From Candidatus Latescibacterota bacterium (lineage in GTDB: Bacteria; Latescibacterota; UBA2968), in assembly GCA_965204375.1 (NCBI GenBank), contig OZ241986.1, positions 1,696,001 through 1,760,000 on the forward strand: DNA of 64,000 nt, given 5' to 3'. The notes beneath the pieces are model-generated. The model searched no databases, was not told where the DNA came from, and saw only the letters and a program-made list of their open reading frames with translations. The position numbers and the translations under genes are program-made. Shown one piece after another: positions 49,968 through 59,842 of this stretch. Every line of letters begins with the position of its first letter. Position 1 is the stretch's first letter.

Positions 49968-51407
49968 ATGTCAGATTATCGACCCAATATCCTGCTCATC
50001 ATGACCGACCAGCAACGCGGCGACTGCATAGGTCTCGACCCGTGTAGTCCATCGTGTCTGCAAACACCCAACCTGGACTGGATTGCCCGCACAGGTACGC
50101 ACTTTCACCGCGGATACTCCGAATGTCCCAGTTGCATACCCGCTCGCCGCTGCCTGATGACCGGCACAGCACCCGCAGCAAATGGCGTTGTCGGATTCAA
50201 AAGTGCTCAATGGAATCCGCCTCACACCCTCGCCGGCGAACTATCCCGGGCAGGGTACCAAACCGAGATGATCGGCAAACTCCACCTGAACCCCAAACGC
50301 AAGCGCTATGGTTTCGACCACATGCAACTCGCCGACGCCACACGGGGCGACCACAACGACTATGTCGAATGGCTACAGCAATACCACAAACGCAACGAAG
50401 AGCATCCCGGCATGGCCCACGGTATTTCATCCAATGGATGGATTGGTCGCCCACATCACTTGCCCGAAGAACAGATGCACACCTTCTGGTGTATCGACAG
50501 AGCAATGGACTTTCTCCAAAAACGCGATCCCACGGTCCCGTTTTTTCTCAACATATCCCTTATAGACCCCCATCCCCCGCTTACCCCCCCGGCTCTCTAT
50601 TACGACCGCTATATCCAGCGGAACTTGCCCGATCCCGTCATAGGAGACTGGGCGCCCGAATTTGACGGTCCTCAAAAAGGTCTCGACCCCAATGCCTGGC
50701 AAATTTGCCTTGACGAACACGACATGCAATGTTCTCGTGCGGCTTATTACGGCATGATCAACTTTATTGACGACCAGATCGGCCGCCTCATCCAATATAC
50801 CGGTGGTCTCAACAACTGTCTGACCATCTTCACTTCCGACCACGGCGAAATGCTGGGCGACCACAACCTCTTTCGCAAAACCTGGCCCTATGAAGCTTCT
50901 GCCCGAATTCCATTTCTCATACGCGCCCCTAAAAAATGGGGATATCCCGAAGAAATAACTTGCAAAAGCTCCGTCGGCATCCAGGACATCATGCCCACTA
51001 TCCTCGATGCAGCAGGCATCGATATCCCCGATACCTGCACGGGCAAAAGCCTCCTGCCCATCATGCAAGGCGATACCGATCGCGTCCGCGAATTTCTACA
51101 CGGAGAACACGCAGGCTGTTATGCCTACGACCACGGCAACCACTATGTCACGGATGGCCACCACAAATACATCTGGTATTCTCAAACGGGTGAAGAACAT
51201 CTTTTCAACCTGGACGAAGACCCCAATGAAATGCGCGACATTACGCGCTATCCCAACTCTGAAATACAACCCTGGCGAAATCGTCTCATCGAATTCCTCA
51301 AAAACCGCCCAGAAGGTTTTACCGATGGCACGCGTTTAATCCCTGGCCAGCCCCACGAAGAACTCCTGCCGGACTACGAACCGGAAGCGACCTACCCGTA
51401 TTTGTGA
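49968..51407 (+). CDS. Sulfatase (Cys-type, formylglycine-dependent)
   Basis: PNILLIMTDQQRGD, CIPAR (CxPxR), GKLH, PHPP, FTSDHGEMLGDH. Confidence 0.93.
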   Translation: MSDYRPNILLIMTDQQRGDCIGLDPCSPSCLQTPNLDWIARTGTHFHRGYSECPSCIPARRCLMTGTAPAANGVVGFKSAQWNPPHTLAGELSRAGYQTEMIGKLHLNPKRKRYGFDHMQLADATRGDHNDYVEWLQQYHKRNEEHPGMAHGISSNGWIGRPHHLPEEQMHTFWCIDRAMDFLQKRDPTVPFFLNISLIDPHPPLTPPALYYDRYIQRNLPDPVIGDWAPEFDGPQKGLDPNAWQICLDEHDMQCSRAAYYGMINFIDDQIGRLIQYTGGLNNCLTIFTSDHGEMLGDHNLFRKTWPYEASARIPFLIRAPKKWGYPEEITCKSSVGIQDIMPTILDAAGIDIPDTCTGKSLLPIMQGDTDRVREFLHGEHAGCYAYDHGNHYVTDGHHKYIWYSQTGEEHLFNLDEDPNEMRDITRYPNSEIQPWRNRLIEFLKNRPEGFTDGTRLIPGQPHEELLPDYEPEATYPYL

Positions 51408-51429
51408 GGAATCACCGACCTTTCATCCC

Positions 51430-51458
51430 AACCGCCCGACACAACGGGCGGTTTTTTT
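51430..51458 (+). terminator. Intrinsic terminator
   Basis: AACCGCCCG-loop-CGGGCGGTTTTTTT. Confidence 0.88.
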
Positions 51459-51500
51459 GTGTCTTTTAAAGCAACTTCTGTGCATCTTAACGGTTGAAAA

Positions 51501-51590
51501 AGAAGTAAGAAGTGAGAAGTCCACCCAACACTACCCCAAAGGCTGGTACTTCATCATACTTCATCCTTTACACTTCATCCTTCACACTTC
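51501..51590. repeat. Inverted pair of heptamer tandem arrays
   Basis: AGAAGTA-AGAAGTG-AGAAGT ... ACTTCAT-CCTTTAC-ACTTCAT-CCTTCAC-ACTTC. Confidence 0.7.
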
Positions 51591-51606
51591 CTACCGGAGA
51601 CGCCAA

Positions 51607-53700
51607 ATGATATTGCGAATGCTATTAATTCTCATAATCGTCTCACCAACAGATGTCGTATCGGCAAATATCGATTCTTTGCTCATTGCAGCCTCAGATA
51701 CGACGCGTGCATTTGATGAACGCGAGTCGCTGTTAAAAGAGGCTACAAAAAGCGACCCAGCGGGACGTGCTGCCCACGCGCTGGGTGAATTGTATATGTT
51801 GCAGGGCAAAAGTCATGTACACAGTGCCGAGCGATGGTTGAAAAGGGCGATGCAAAAACAACCCAACAATGGGAATATCTTGACCTCGCTGGCCGAGTAT
51901 TACTGGCGCATCGGGCGGCGAACAACCGCAATCGTATATGCCAAACGGGGGATTGAACGCGATCCCGACAATGTGGGGCCATTGTATTGGGCGGCGCGCT
52001 TTGAGATGTGGAACATGACCCGGTATCTCGATGGCGAGCGCAGAATTGTGAATTATGGTTCGGATTTCAATAGATACAGGAGAACCGTCAGAACATTGAG
52101 TTTGGAAAATTACGGCATTGAAGCGCGCGATGCGGCTATTGGATATTTAACGCTTGCAATTGACAAAGATCCCGACCACTGGCCCTCACACCACTTATTG
52201 GGGCTGGTCTATTACGAAGGTCGAATGGCTCGTGAATTGATTCCCCTATTTGAAAATTATGTGCAACGGCATCCCGACAATGCCCATGCACATTTTTTTG
52301 TTGGATTGGGTTATCAAGCTGAGGATCGATTGCAGGATGCGTATGCATCTTATACCACGGGACTTTCGCGCATGGCAGAAGAAGAACAACGCTTTATGAT
52401 GGGTGTGTTCGTACTCGCCGATCCCGACTCAACTACGCCAGATTACGCGGCCATTCGCAAATTCTGGACGGGACGCGATCCATTGTACTTGACCGAATAC
52501 AACGAGCGATTGCTCGAACACTGTCGGCGCGTGGCTTATGCCAATTTGCGATTTGGCGACCCCCTCAAAGGCATTCCCGGATGGACAACAGATAAAGGCC
52601 AGGTTTATATCCGCTATGGGCATCCAGTATCTCTGGTAGCGAGACCTGCGGAGTTTCACACAGGTGTGGATTTGCCAGGGTATATGCAGGATTATCTGGC
52701 CTGGCGGGCGCGATGGCAGATGATGTCACACAATTACGAGCATCGGAAGGAATTGTGGCGATACGAAGGCTTTACCATCATTTTTGAAAATACGGACACG
52801 CGCGATCACTGGAATTTCCGCCTGGGCTGGTTGGATTCTGAAATGAATCCCCTGGGCTTTAAGATGTTTGTCGAGCGCAACCCAGACCATTTTCGAGACC
52901 CGTACTGGCGCGAGCGGTACAACGCGCCACATCAGATCGCGCAGTTTCGCGGAGAAAACGACAAAGCGCGTATTGAGGTGTATTATGCCCTCGACGCCGA
53001 TGAGGTCGAAACAAAAGACCTCCGCCCCGGAATAAAAAGCGTCAACTTGCGCCAGGGCCTGTTCCTCTTTGATGCGCAATGGGATACGTTGCGTCGGGAT
53101 ATAGGTCGGGTGCAGCGCATGCCCATCGTGAAGTACGACGCACTCGGCCTGGGCTATTTGCTGGCGGGAGATCGGCTCAACTTGAAAGCTGGGCGTTATT
53201 ATCTATCGGCAGAAGTTGAGGATCGAGAAAAAAAATCTGTGGGCACATTTCGAGATACGCTCGATGTAAGACAATTTTCAAAAGAACAACTGGACGTCAG
53301 CGATTTGTTGATCGCACGGCGTATAGTTGAGCGCGAAGACCGCCCCTTTGGTCGCAATCGCTTTCTCATATTGTCAAATCCCTTGCGGCAATATGAGCAC
53401 AACGGTCAAGCCGTGGTGTATTTTGAAATTTACAACTTACAGCGCGATAATTTTGGCGCGACCCATTACAAGCTCACCTTTCAAGTGCGGGCGCTGAGCG
53501 ATGCCGGCGATGTAGAGCAGGCGGATTGGGTAACTGCCGTGTCTTATGAGCAACGCGGCAACAGAGACTGGGAGCCGTTGTTTTTAGCGCTGGCACTGGA
53601 CAAAACCATGCCTGGTCCCAAAGCACTGCGCGTGGTGGTCGAAGATTTTCAAACTCTGGAAACAGCGCGTTCTACAACGCAGTTTCGCGTGATGTGGTAG
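51607..53700 (+). CDS. Secreted GWxTD-domain protein with TPRs
   Basis: Signal peptide, TPRs, FW..RDP...TEYNERLLEH.RRVAYAN.RF...GWTTDKGQVYIRYG.P, C-terminal Ig-like strands. Confidence 0.88.
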   Translation: MILRMLLILIIVSPTDVVSANIDSLLIAASDTTRAFDERESLLKEATKSDPAGRAAHALGELYMLQGKSHVHSAERWLKRAMQKQPNNGNILTSLAEYYWRIGRRTTAIVYAKRGIERDPDNVGPLYWAARFEMWNMTRYLDGERRIVNYGSDFNRYRRTVRTLSLENYGIEARDAAIGYLTLAIDKDPDHWPSHHLLGLVYYEGRMARELIPLFENYVQRHPDNAHAHFFVGLGYQAEDRLQDAYASYTTGLSRMAEEEQRFMMGVFVLADPDSTTPDYAAIRKFWTGRDPLYLTEYNERLLEHCRRVAYANLRFGDPLKGIPGWTTDKGQVYIRYGHPVSLVARPAEFHTGVDLPGYMQDYLAWRARWQMMSHNYEHRKELWRYEGFTIIFENTDTRDHWNFRLGWLDSEMNPLGFKMFVERNPDHFRDPYWRERYNAPHQIAQFRGENDKARIEVYYALDADEVETKDLRPGIKSVNLRQGLFLFDAQWDTLRRDIGRVQRMPIVKYDALGLGYLLAGDRLNLKAGRYYLSAEVEDREKKSVGTFRDTLDVRQFSKEQLDVSDLLIARRIVEREDRPFGRNRFLILSNPLRQYEHNGQAVVYFEIYNLQRDNFGATHYKLTFQVRALSDAGDVEQADWVTAVSYEQRGNRDWEPLFLALALDKTMPGPKALRVVVEDFQTLETARSTTQFRVMW

Positions 53701-53720
53701 CCAAAACAAGGAGACACAAT

Positions 53721-54683
53721 ATGGGCAAAGCTACGGGTATTCTTTTGGCGTTAGTCGTTTCTGTTGGCGCGGCGGAAAAGCCACAGATGTTGCGTGCCTG
53801 GGCAGAGGATCATTGGGCTGTGGTGACGGTGCGAGAAGTGACCGGAACTATTGTGGTCATCAGCTCGGCCGTGGGGCGAGAAATTGATTTTGATGAGGGC
53901 AATCAATTGGGCGTTTTTCAGGGCGTGACAGAATATACAAAGCACCACAACATACCCACGCTGACACGGCTGGTACCGGGATTTCAGTCTGCTGTATTTC
54001 TCAAATTGGCAGATGATCAATACGGCATCTGTGTCACCTTTCGCGACGAGGCCGGCACGCGCTGTCGGTTGCTACACATCCGAGATACAGAGGAACTGAA
54101 TCGCATTCGAGATTATATCCATCGGATGGCCGTTGTGCATGACGCGCCAAATTATCCATTGGTGACAGATAAAAAAGTGACTTATGAAGTAATATCACCT
54201 GTTTATCGCGCCTATGAACGGTTACAAGTGAAAATGGCACTGGCAAATGGCGAGGAAATAAAAGGTGAACTCTTACCAATGGTGGAATATGGGCAAATGC
54301 TCATCAACACGCCCCTGGGATTTCGACGGATCAAAATAGATGCAATTAATCAGATTCGCATTGCACCGCGCGGAGGCAAAAGGGTCGTAACCAGAACAAT
54401 TCGGAACGGCCTGAAGTACGGCATTTTGGGGGGGCTTACGGGATTACTCGCGGGTTGGTCTTTCGAAGGCTTATCGGCCAAAGACGACATGATTTTTGGC
54501 GCTCTATTGGGCGGAACGGTTGGGGCTTCCGTCGGATTTTTAGATGGATTGCTGTCAATTGAACGCGCCCGAACATTTCGATTTGAACGTGGTGATATCA
54601 ATAACGAGCCGAAGATCCGACTTTTGCCGCAGCAATTAAAGATACCCAAGTCAATGTTTTTTATTCTTTCTTTTTCCATTTGA
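53721..54683 (+). CDS. Hypothetical secreted/membrane protein with a glycine-zipper-like segment
   Basis: ATG after AGGAG, signal peptide, GILGGLTGLLAG...GALLGGTVGASVG. Confidence 0.65.
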   Translation: MGKATGILLALVVSVGAAEKPQMLRAWAEDHWAVVTVREVTGTIVVISSAVGREIDFDEGNQLGVFQGVTEYTKHHNIPTLTRLVPGFQSAVFLKLADDQYGICVTFRDEAGTRCRLLHIRDTEELNRIRDYIHRMAVVHDAPNYPLVTDKKVTYEVISPVYRAYERLQVKMALANGEEIKGELLPMVEYGQMLINTPLGFRRIKIDAINQIRIAPRGGKRVVTRTIRNGLKYGILGGLTGLLAGWSFEGLSAKDDMIFGALLGGTVGASVGFLDGLLSIERARTFRFERGDINNEPKIRLLPQQLKIPKSMFFILSFSI

Positions 54684-54782
54684 TTGTAACCCAATCTTCA
54701 CTCGCGCTTAATACGGAAGAAACAATGATACCTTATTTTTTAGCATCATTATTCCGTGTCCCGTTCAGCAAGGAGTTGGGTT

Positions 54783-55631
54783 ATGGTCAACGCCTCATCT
54801 AAACAATCAGATACCAGCCTGGAACACTATCTCAAAGAACTCTCCCATTCTCACCCCATCTCTGCAGCAGAAGAATTTGAACTCGCCGTCAAAATGAAGC
54901 GAGGTGACCTCAAAGCGCGCAATCGCCTGATCAAAGCCAACTTGCGTTTTGTAGTCAATGTAGCCCTGAAATACCGCAATCAAGGCGTAGCCCTGGCCGA
55001 CCTGATCAGCGCCGGCAATATGGGTCTTATCACAGCCACCGAACGCTTTGATGAAACGCGCGGTTTCAAATTTATCTCTTATGCCGTCTGGTGGATTCGC
55101 CAATCTATTCTACAAACGCTCGCCGAACAGGGACGTATGATCCGTTTGCCCATCAACCGTTTGGATCTGCTGCGTCGGATTAAAAATTTCAGCGACCAGT
55201 ATCAATGCAATAAAGGCCACATGCCCACAGAGGCAGAAATCGCCAATGAATTTCAAATCACCGAAGATCAGGTCAGTGATATACTGTCTCACAGCCCGAT
55301 CGTATTTTCTCTGGACAAACCGATTCACGACGAAGATGTAACCCTTATTGATTTGATGCCCGACGAAGGCCAGGTCTCGCCAGATGACGCAATGTTTCAC
55401 AATGCCCTGCGAGATGAAGTCAACGATCTGCTCCATACCCTGGATAATCGCGAAGCCGACGTTATCCGTCTCTATTTCGGCCTCGAAGGCTCCAGTTGGA
55501 CACTTCAGGCCATAGCCAACAAATATAACCTCACGCGCGAGCGCGTGCGCCAAATCAAAGAAAAAGCCCTGCGCAAATTGCGTCACCCTTCTCGGGGGCG
55601 CAAACTCATCACGTATGCAGAAGCGGGATAA
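54783..55631 (+). CDS. RNA polymerase sigma70 factor, RpoD/SigA-like, lacking region 1.1
   Basis: LIKANLRFVV, ERFDETRGFKFISYAVWWIRQSI, LTRERVRQIKEKALRKLR. ATG 54783 after AGGAG. Confidence 0.92.
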   Translation: MVNASSKQSDTSLEHYLKELSHSHPISAAEEFELAVKMKRGDLKARNRLIKANLRFVVNVALKYRNQGVALADLISAGNMGLITATERFDETRGFKFISYAVWWIRQSILQTLAEQGRMIRLPINRLDLLRRIKNFSDQYQCNKGHMPTEAEIANEFQITEDQVSDILSHSPIVFSLDKPIHDEDVTLIDLMPDEGQVSPDDAMFHNALRDEVNDLLHTLDNREADVIRLYFGLEGSSWTLQAIANKYNLTRERVRQIKEKALRKLRHPSRGRKLITYAEAG

Positions 55632-55655
55632 TCCTGCTATATCCCATTAAAAATG

Positions 55656-55692
55656 AAAAGCCTCTGAAGACACGCGCTTCAGAGGCTTTTTT
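55656..55692 (+). terminator. Intrinsic terminator
   Basis: AAAAGCCTCTGAAG-loop-CTTCAGAGGCTTTTTT. Confidence 0.88.
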
Positions 55693-55707
55693 ATTTCACG
55701 CCAAAAC

Positions 55708-55736
55708 TTGATTTGTCTGAAGTTGTTATATACATT
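55708..55736 (+). promoter_or_regulatory. Putative sigma70 promoter of the nitroreductase-dsr-like operon
   Basis: TTGATT-17 bp-TACATT. Confidence 0.55.
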
Positions 55737-55782
55737 GATGTACGTAATCTAAAAGGCAAACCGACACCTCAGGAGGAAAGCA

Positions 55783-56352
55783 ATGGACGTTTTGGAAGCT
55801 ATTCACACACGGCGCACAATTTTTAAGTTTAAACCGGGCGGTGTACCCAAAGATGTGATTGAAAAAATTTATGAAGCCGGTCTTTGGGCGCCCAATCACC
55901 ATTTGACAGAACCGTGGCGATTTGTAGTTCTGGGAGAAGAAACCAAAGAAATACTGGCACAACGCTACAGCGAAATTCAGGAGGATAAAGCGGCTGAAGG
56001 TGCGAGTGATGAGGCCAGGCGAATCTTAAAAGAAGCCGGTTATGCCAAGTTCATGTCAAAGCCCACAATTATTGCAGTGGCGTGTTTGCAAGATGGCGAT
56101 GAAATCAAGAACCGAGAAGATTATGCAGCCGCGTGTTGCGCCATGCAAAATGTACAATTGGCTGCCTGGGCAGAAGGGGTCGGCATGCAGTGGAGCACAG
56201 GGCCGATTACACTGGAAGAAAACACCTATAAATTGTTGGGTGTAGATACCGACGGTGAATACATCATCGGATTTTTCTATACCGGATATCCCGATGAAAT
56301 TCCAGAACCAAGGCGAAAACCCCTCGAAGAAGTGCTGAGCTGGACGGATTGA
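55783..56352 (+). CDS. Nitroreductase family protein
   Basis: AIHTRRTI, WAPNHHLTEPWRFVV, AMQNVQLAAWAEGVG..WSTG. Confidence 0.9.
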   Translation: MDVLEAIHTRRTIFKFKPGGVPKDVIEKIYEAGLWAPNHHLTEPWRFVVLGEETKEILAQRYSEIQEDKAAEGASDEARRILKEAGYAKFMSKPTIIAVACLQDGDEIKNREDYAAACCAMQNVQLAAWAEGVGMQWSTGPITLEENTYKLLGVDTDGEYIIGFFYTGYPDEIPEPRRKPLEEVLSWTD

Positions 56353-57167
56353 TTCCACTAACCATGAATGGTTTTGAATTTTTTGTCCTGTATCGCCTCC
56401 CCTATCTCGCATTGCCTTTCTATTTCATCATGTTGGGCGTGCGAATATGGGTGTGGATGCGGTTTTACAATCCAGCACTCAAGCTATTGCCACGAGCCAG
56501 AGGATCTGTATATGGCGTGTGGAAGCAGCAGTACCGCCCAACCATTCATATTTTTCCCGGACCGCGCTCACAAAGTACAGAATGGAAGCGCGCGATCAAA
56601 GGCTTTGTTTTTTTTACCGGTCTCTATAAGCGCGATAAAGTGCTGTGGCTGGGGTCCTGGTCGCTCCATTTGGGGCTGCTCCTGATAATTGTTGCCCATG
56701 TTCGCGTGATTTTGCCGCTCGACCTGGGCCCAATCTGTTTGCACATCGCATTGATTGGCAGTGGATTGATGACTGTGTCGGGTACTTATTTGTTGCTGCG
56801 CAGGATAATCGTTCAGCGCGTGCGAGAGATTACGGACTTTCGGGACTATCTGGCGGAGTTCATCCTCCTGTCTTTTTCTGCGACAGCAATTCTCGTCGTG
56901 TTAGACGGTGGCGTGTCATCCGAAGCCTTGCGCCACTATGTGTCTGGCCTATTGACGGGCACAGCAGCAGTTATTGAAGTACCACACATTTTTGTGTGGC
57001 ACATGCTCGCTGTACAGCTCTTGTTGATTGTGATCCCATTTTCCCATCTATTGCATCTGGGCGGGATTTTTTTGAGCCGCGAATTTCTGGGCACATCCGA
57101 TACATTTGCGGGGGAATTTGGATCAGGATTTTCAGGATTAAAGGATGAACAGGATAAAAAACCATAG
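56349..57167 (+). CDS. DsrM/NarI-like di-heme cytochrome b membrane subunit
   Basis: About 5-6 TM. WLGSWSLH...VAHVR and WHMLAV...PFSHLLHLGGIFLS supply four candidate heme His. Start 56349 or 56364. Confidence 0.82.
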   Translation: MIPLTMNGFEFFVLYRLPYLALPFYFIMLGVRIWVWMRFYNPALKLLPRARGSVYGVWKQQYRPTIHIFPGPRSQSTEWKRAIKGFVFFTGLYKRDKVLWLGSWSLHLGLLLIIVAHVRVILPLDLGPICLHIALIGSGLMTVSGTYLLLRRIIVQRVREITDFRDYLAEFILLSFSATAILVVLDGGVSSEALRHYVSGLLTGTAAVIEVPHIFVWHMLAVQLLLIVIPFSHLLHLGGIFLSREFLGTSDTFAGEFGSGFSGLKDEQDKKP

Positions 57168-57225
57168 AACCAGGATGGAAGGATTAAAGGATGAACAGGA
57201 TAAAAACCACTAACCACTAACCGCT
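57123..57225 (+). repeat. Nonamer (AGGATnnnn) arrays with a duplicated 27-bp block, then a heptamer array
   Basis: AGGATTAAAGGATGAACAGGATAAAAA at 57134-57160 and 57180-57206, then ACCACTA-ACCACTA-ACCGCT. Confidence 0.85.
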
Positions 57226-58592
57226 TGAGAATCAGAAAATTGGAAAAGCCAGATAAAACAGAACGAGAAAAAAAATACATTCCATCGGGCCTGGCGGGCA
57301 CATATATGCGACGCATTGCCGAATCGGATCCGTTTGTTCGCGAGATCCAGGATGAACCGTCGGCATTGCGTTTGTACATGGATACGTGTACCAAATGCGG
57401 GGTATGCGCGCAGGAATGTCCGGTGTATTACGGGCAGCCCGATAAGCGTATGCATCCGGTGGAACGCTCTCGGCAAGTGATTCGTTTATACAAAAAGTAC
57501 ACGACATTTTGGGGACGATTTTGGAATGCCATTTTTCCAAAGCCCGATTTTGAAAATAACGATGCCGAGCTATTTGCCGAGCGTATGTACGAGTGTTTGA
57601 CGTGTCGGCGGTGTGCGGCATTTTGTCCTGTGGGAATCGATCATTCGGTGATCTCGCGCGTTGGACGTTCGCTTGTCGATTTAATGGGTTTGACGCCCCC
57701 ATCCCTTGCGCAGGGTACGCACAATTCATTTGAAACGGGCAATTTGGAAGGCGCGTCAGCCGAGGCATTTTTGGATGCGATTCAATTTATCGAAGAAGAA
57801 CTCAAAGAAGAAACAGGACGGGATATTTCAATTCCCTTAGACCGCGAAGGCGCGGAAATTTTCTTTTTACCACCATCGGGTGATGTGCTGGTATATGCTG
57901 AAAATTTAATGGGCATGGCGAAAATTTTTCACGCCATCGGCGCCGATTGGACGATGAGTTCGCGGGCATTTGACGGATCGAATTTCGGATTTACGACCGG
58001 CAATAATTTCTCAATGAAGTACGAGAACAAGCACTATATCGACGCATGCGAAAAATTGGGATGTAAACTCATGGTAATGGGTGAATGCGGGCATGCGTAT
58101 CGGGTGATGAAGTTTATGGCCAGCGAAGGACGCTGGTGGGGTGCATTGCCCTTTGAGATTACCAGTGGGTTTGAATATACGGCACAACTTATTCGCACGG
58201 GCAAACTAAAATTGGACCCCGGCAAAAACCCAGATGTCGTAACCTATCACGACGCCTGCCAATTTGCTGCCGGATGTGGGATTGTTGAAGAACCCAGAGA
58301 AATTTTGAAAGCGGCCTGTGCCGATTACCGCGAAATGCCCGATGGCGGGTACACGCAGTGGTGTTGCGGTGGTGGCGGCGGGTTGTCGGCACTGCGCTCG
58401 GTGCGCGCGTTTCGGATGGAGGTCTCGGGCAAAAAGAAAGCAGAGCAAATGCGCGAGACCGATGCGAAGATCGTATCAACTTCGTGTTTGCAGTGCCGCA
58501 CACAACTCAAAGAAATTGCGCGCCATCACAAAATGCCACTAAAAATTACCGGTGTACACGAAATGATAAACAATGCGATTATACTGGAATAA
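57225..58592 (+). CDS. DsrK/HdrD-like Fe-S oxidoreductase with CCG domains
   Basis: CTKCGVCAQECP and CLTCRRCAAFCPVGID ferredoxin motifs, GECGHAYR, YHDAC, CCGGGGG, CLQC. Start uncertain. Confidence 0.85.
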   Translation: MRIRKLEKPDKTEREKKYIPSGLAGTYMRRIAESDPFVREIQDEPSALRLYMDTCTKCGVCAQECPVYYGQPDKRMHPVERSRQVIRLYKKYTTFWGRFWNAIFPKPDFENNDAELFAERMYECLTCRRCAAFCPVGIDHSVISRVGRSLVDLMGLTPPSLAQGTHNSFETGNLEGASAEAFLDAIQFIEEELKEETGRDISIPLDREGAEIFFLPPSGDVLVYAENLMGMAKIFHAIGADWTMSSRAFDGSNFGFTTGNNFSMKYENKHYIDACEKLGCKLMVMGECGHAYRVMKFMASEGRWWGALPFEITSGFEYTAQLIRTGKLKLDPGKNPDVVTYHDACQFAAGCGIVEEPREILKAACADYREMPDGGYTQWCCGGGGGLSALRSVRAFRMEVSGKKKAEQMRETDAKIVSTSCLQCRTQLKEIARHHKMPLKITGVHEMINNAIILE

Positions 58593-58648
58593 AGGAGAGA
58601 CGTGTAAGGGCCATCCAATCCCCAGCCCCAGTCTCCAGCCCCTTTTTT

Positions 58649-59827
58649 ATGTCTGATTTAATTTATATGGACAACGCGGCGACTACGTTTCCAAAGCCCC
58701 CTGATGTGCTGGAAGACGCGCTGGCATTTTATCGCAAATACGGGGTAAATCCCGGGCGCAGTGGCACAGATCTGGCGCAAGAAGCTGAAGCCATGGTAGC
58801 AGAGACGCGTGCATCGCTCGCGTCGTTTTTTGGTGCTATGGGCACTCCCGACCAGCTTGTGTTTACACACAATGCCTCGGATGCATTGAATATTGCGATT
58901 CAGGGCACGTTGAAATCCGGCGATCACGTAATTACAACGCTTCTGGATCACAATTCGGTTTTGCGCCCGATTTACCATCTCTCAAAATATGAAGGAATTG
59001 AAGCGACTTATGTGAGCTTTGGAACAGATGGCTTTATCGCCCCCGAGGATATTGATAGGGCGATCAGACCAAACACAAAACTTGTCGTGATGACCCATGC
59101 ATCCAATGTACTGGGCACTGTGCAACCCGTAGCAGCGGTGGGCGCAATTTGCCGCGCACGCGGTGTAATTTTCTGTGTTGATGTGGCGCAAACAGCGGGC
59201 ATGTTGCCTATTGATATGGAGGCGATGCGAGCCGATATTCTGTGTTTTACTGGACACAAGTCACTCATGGGACCAACGGGTACTGGTGGGATGTACGTGC
59301 GCGAAGGCGTGACAATTGCACCGTTGCGATACGGTGGGACGGGTGTGCGGTCAGAGTATCCCGATCACCTGAGCGAGTATCCCTGGCGGTTGGAGTGTGG
59401 CACGGGCAATCTGATGGGCATTGCAGGCCTGTTGTACGCGCAGAAATGGATGCAACGCGAAGGCGTGGAAAATATTCATGCACGCGAGATGGCGTTGTTC
59501 AAACAACTCGTCAATGGCCTGCGCGAAGTCGATGGGACCATTTTGTACTGCGCTGAAAATCACGATCAACACGTACCGGTATTGTCGGTTAATATCAAAG
59601 GGATGACGGCAAACAATGTGGGTACATTGCTGGATGTGAAGTTCAATGTGGCAACGCGCACGGGATTGCAATGCGCGCCAAAGGTACATGAAACCCTGGG
59701 CACGAAAGCGATGAAGGGCACTGTGCGACTTTCGCTGGGTCCCTTCAATACCGAAGCGCATATTGAAACTGTGATCGAAGGCCTGAGCGATATATCCAAA
59801 CGACATGGGCGAAGCGGTGATTGCTAA
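58649..59827 (+). CDS. Cysteine desulfurase-family PLP enzyme (class V aminotransferase)
   Basis: IYMDNAATTFPKP, NPGRSG, HASNVLG, DVAQTAG, TGHKSL (PLP Lys), RTGLQCAP (catalytic Cys). Confidence 0.9.
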   Translation: MSDLIYMDNAATTFPKPPDVLEDALAFYRKYGVNPGRSGTDLAQEAEAMVAETRASLASFFGAMGTPDQLVFTHNASDALNIAIQGTLKSGDHVITTLLDHNSVLRPIYHLSKYEGIEATYVSFGTDGFIAPEDIDRAIRPNTKLVVMTHASNVLGTVQPVAAVGAICRARGVIFCVDVAQTAGMLPIDMEAMRADILCFTGHKSLMGPTGTGGMYVREGVTIAPLRYGGTGVRSEYPDHLSEYPWRLECGTGNLMGIAGLLYAQKWMQREGVENIHAREMALFKQLVNGLREVDGTILYCAENHDQHVPVLSVNIKGMTANNVGTLLDVKFNVATRTGLQCAPKVHETLGTKAMKGTVRLSLGPFNTEAHIETVIEGLSDISKRHGRSGDC

Positions 59828-59842
59828 AAGGTCAGGTGCGGA

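Noticed and set aside
55735-55752. FNR/CRP box before the dsr-like operon
   Set aside because: Only the TTGAT half-site is present; there is no ATCAA at the right spacing.
57123-57225. CRISPR mini-array
   Set aside because: Only two 27-bp copies, internally periodic, with a 19-bp gap and no cas genes.
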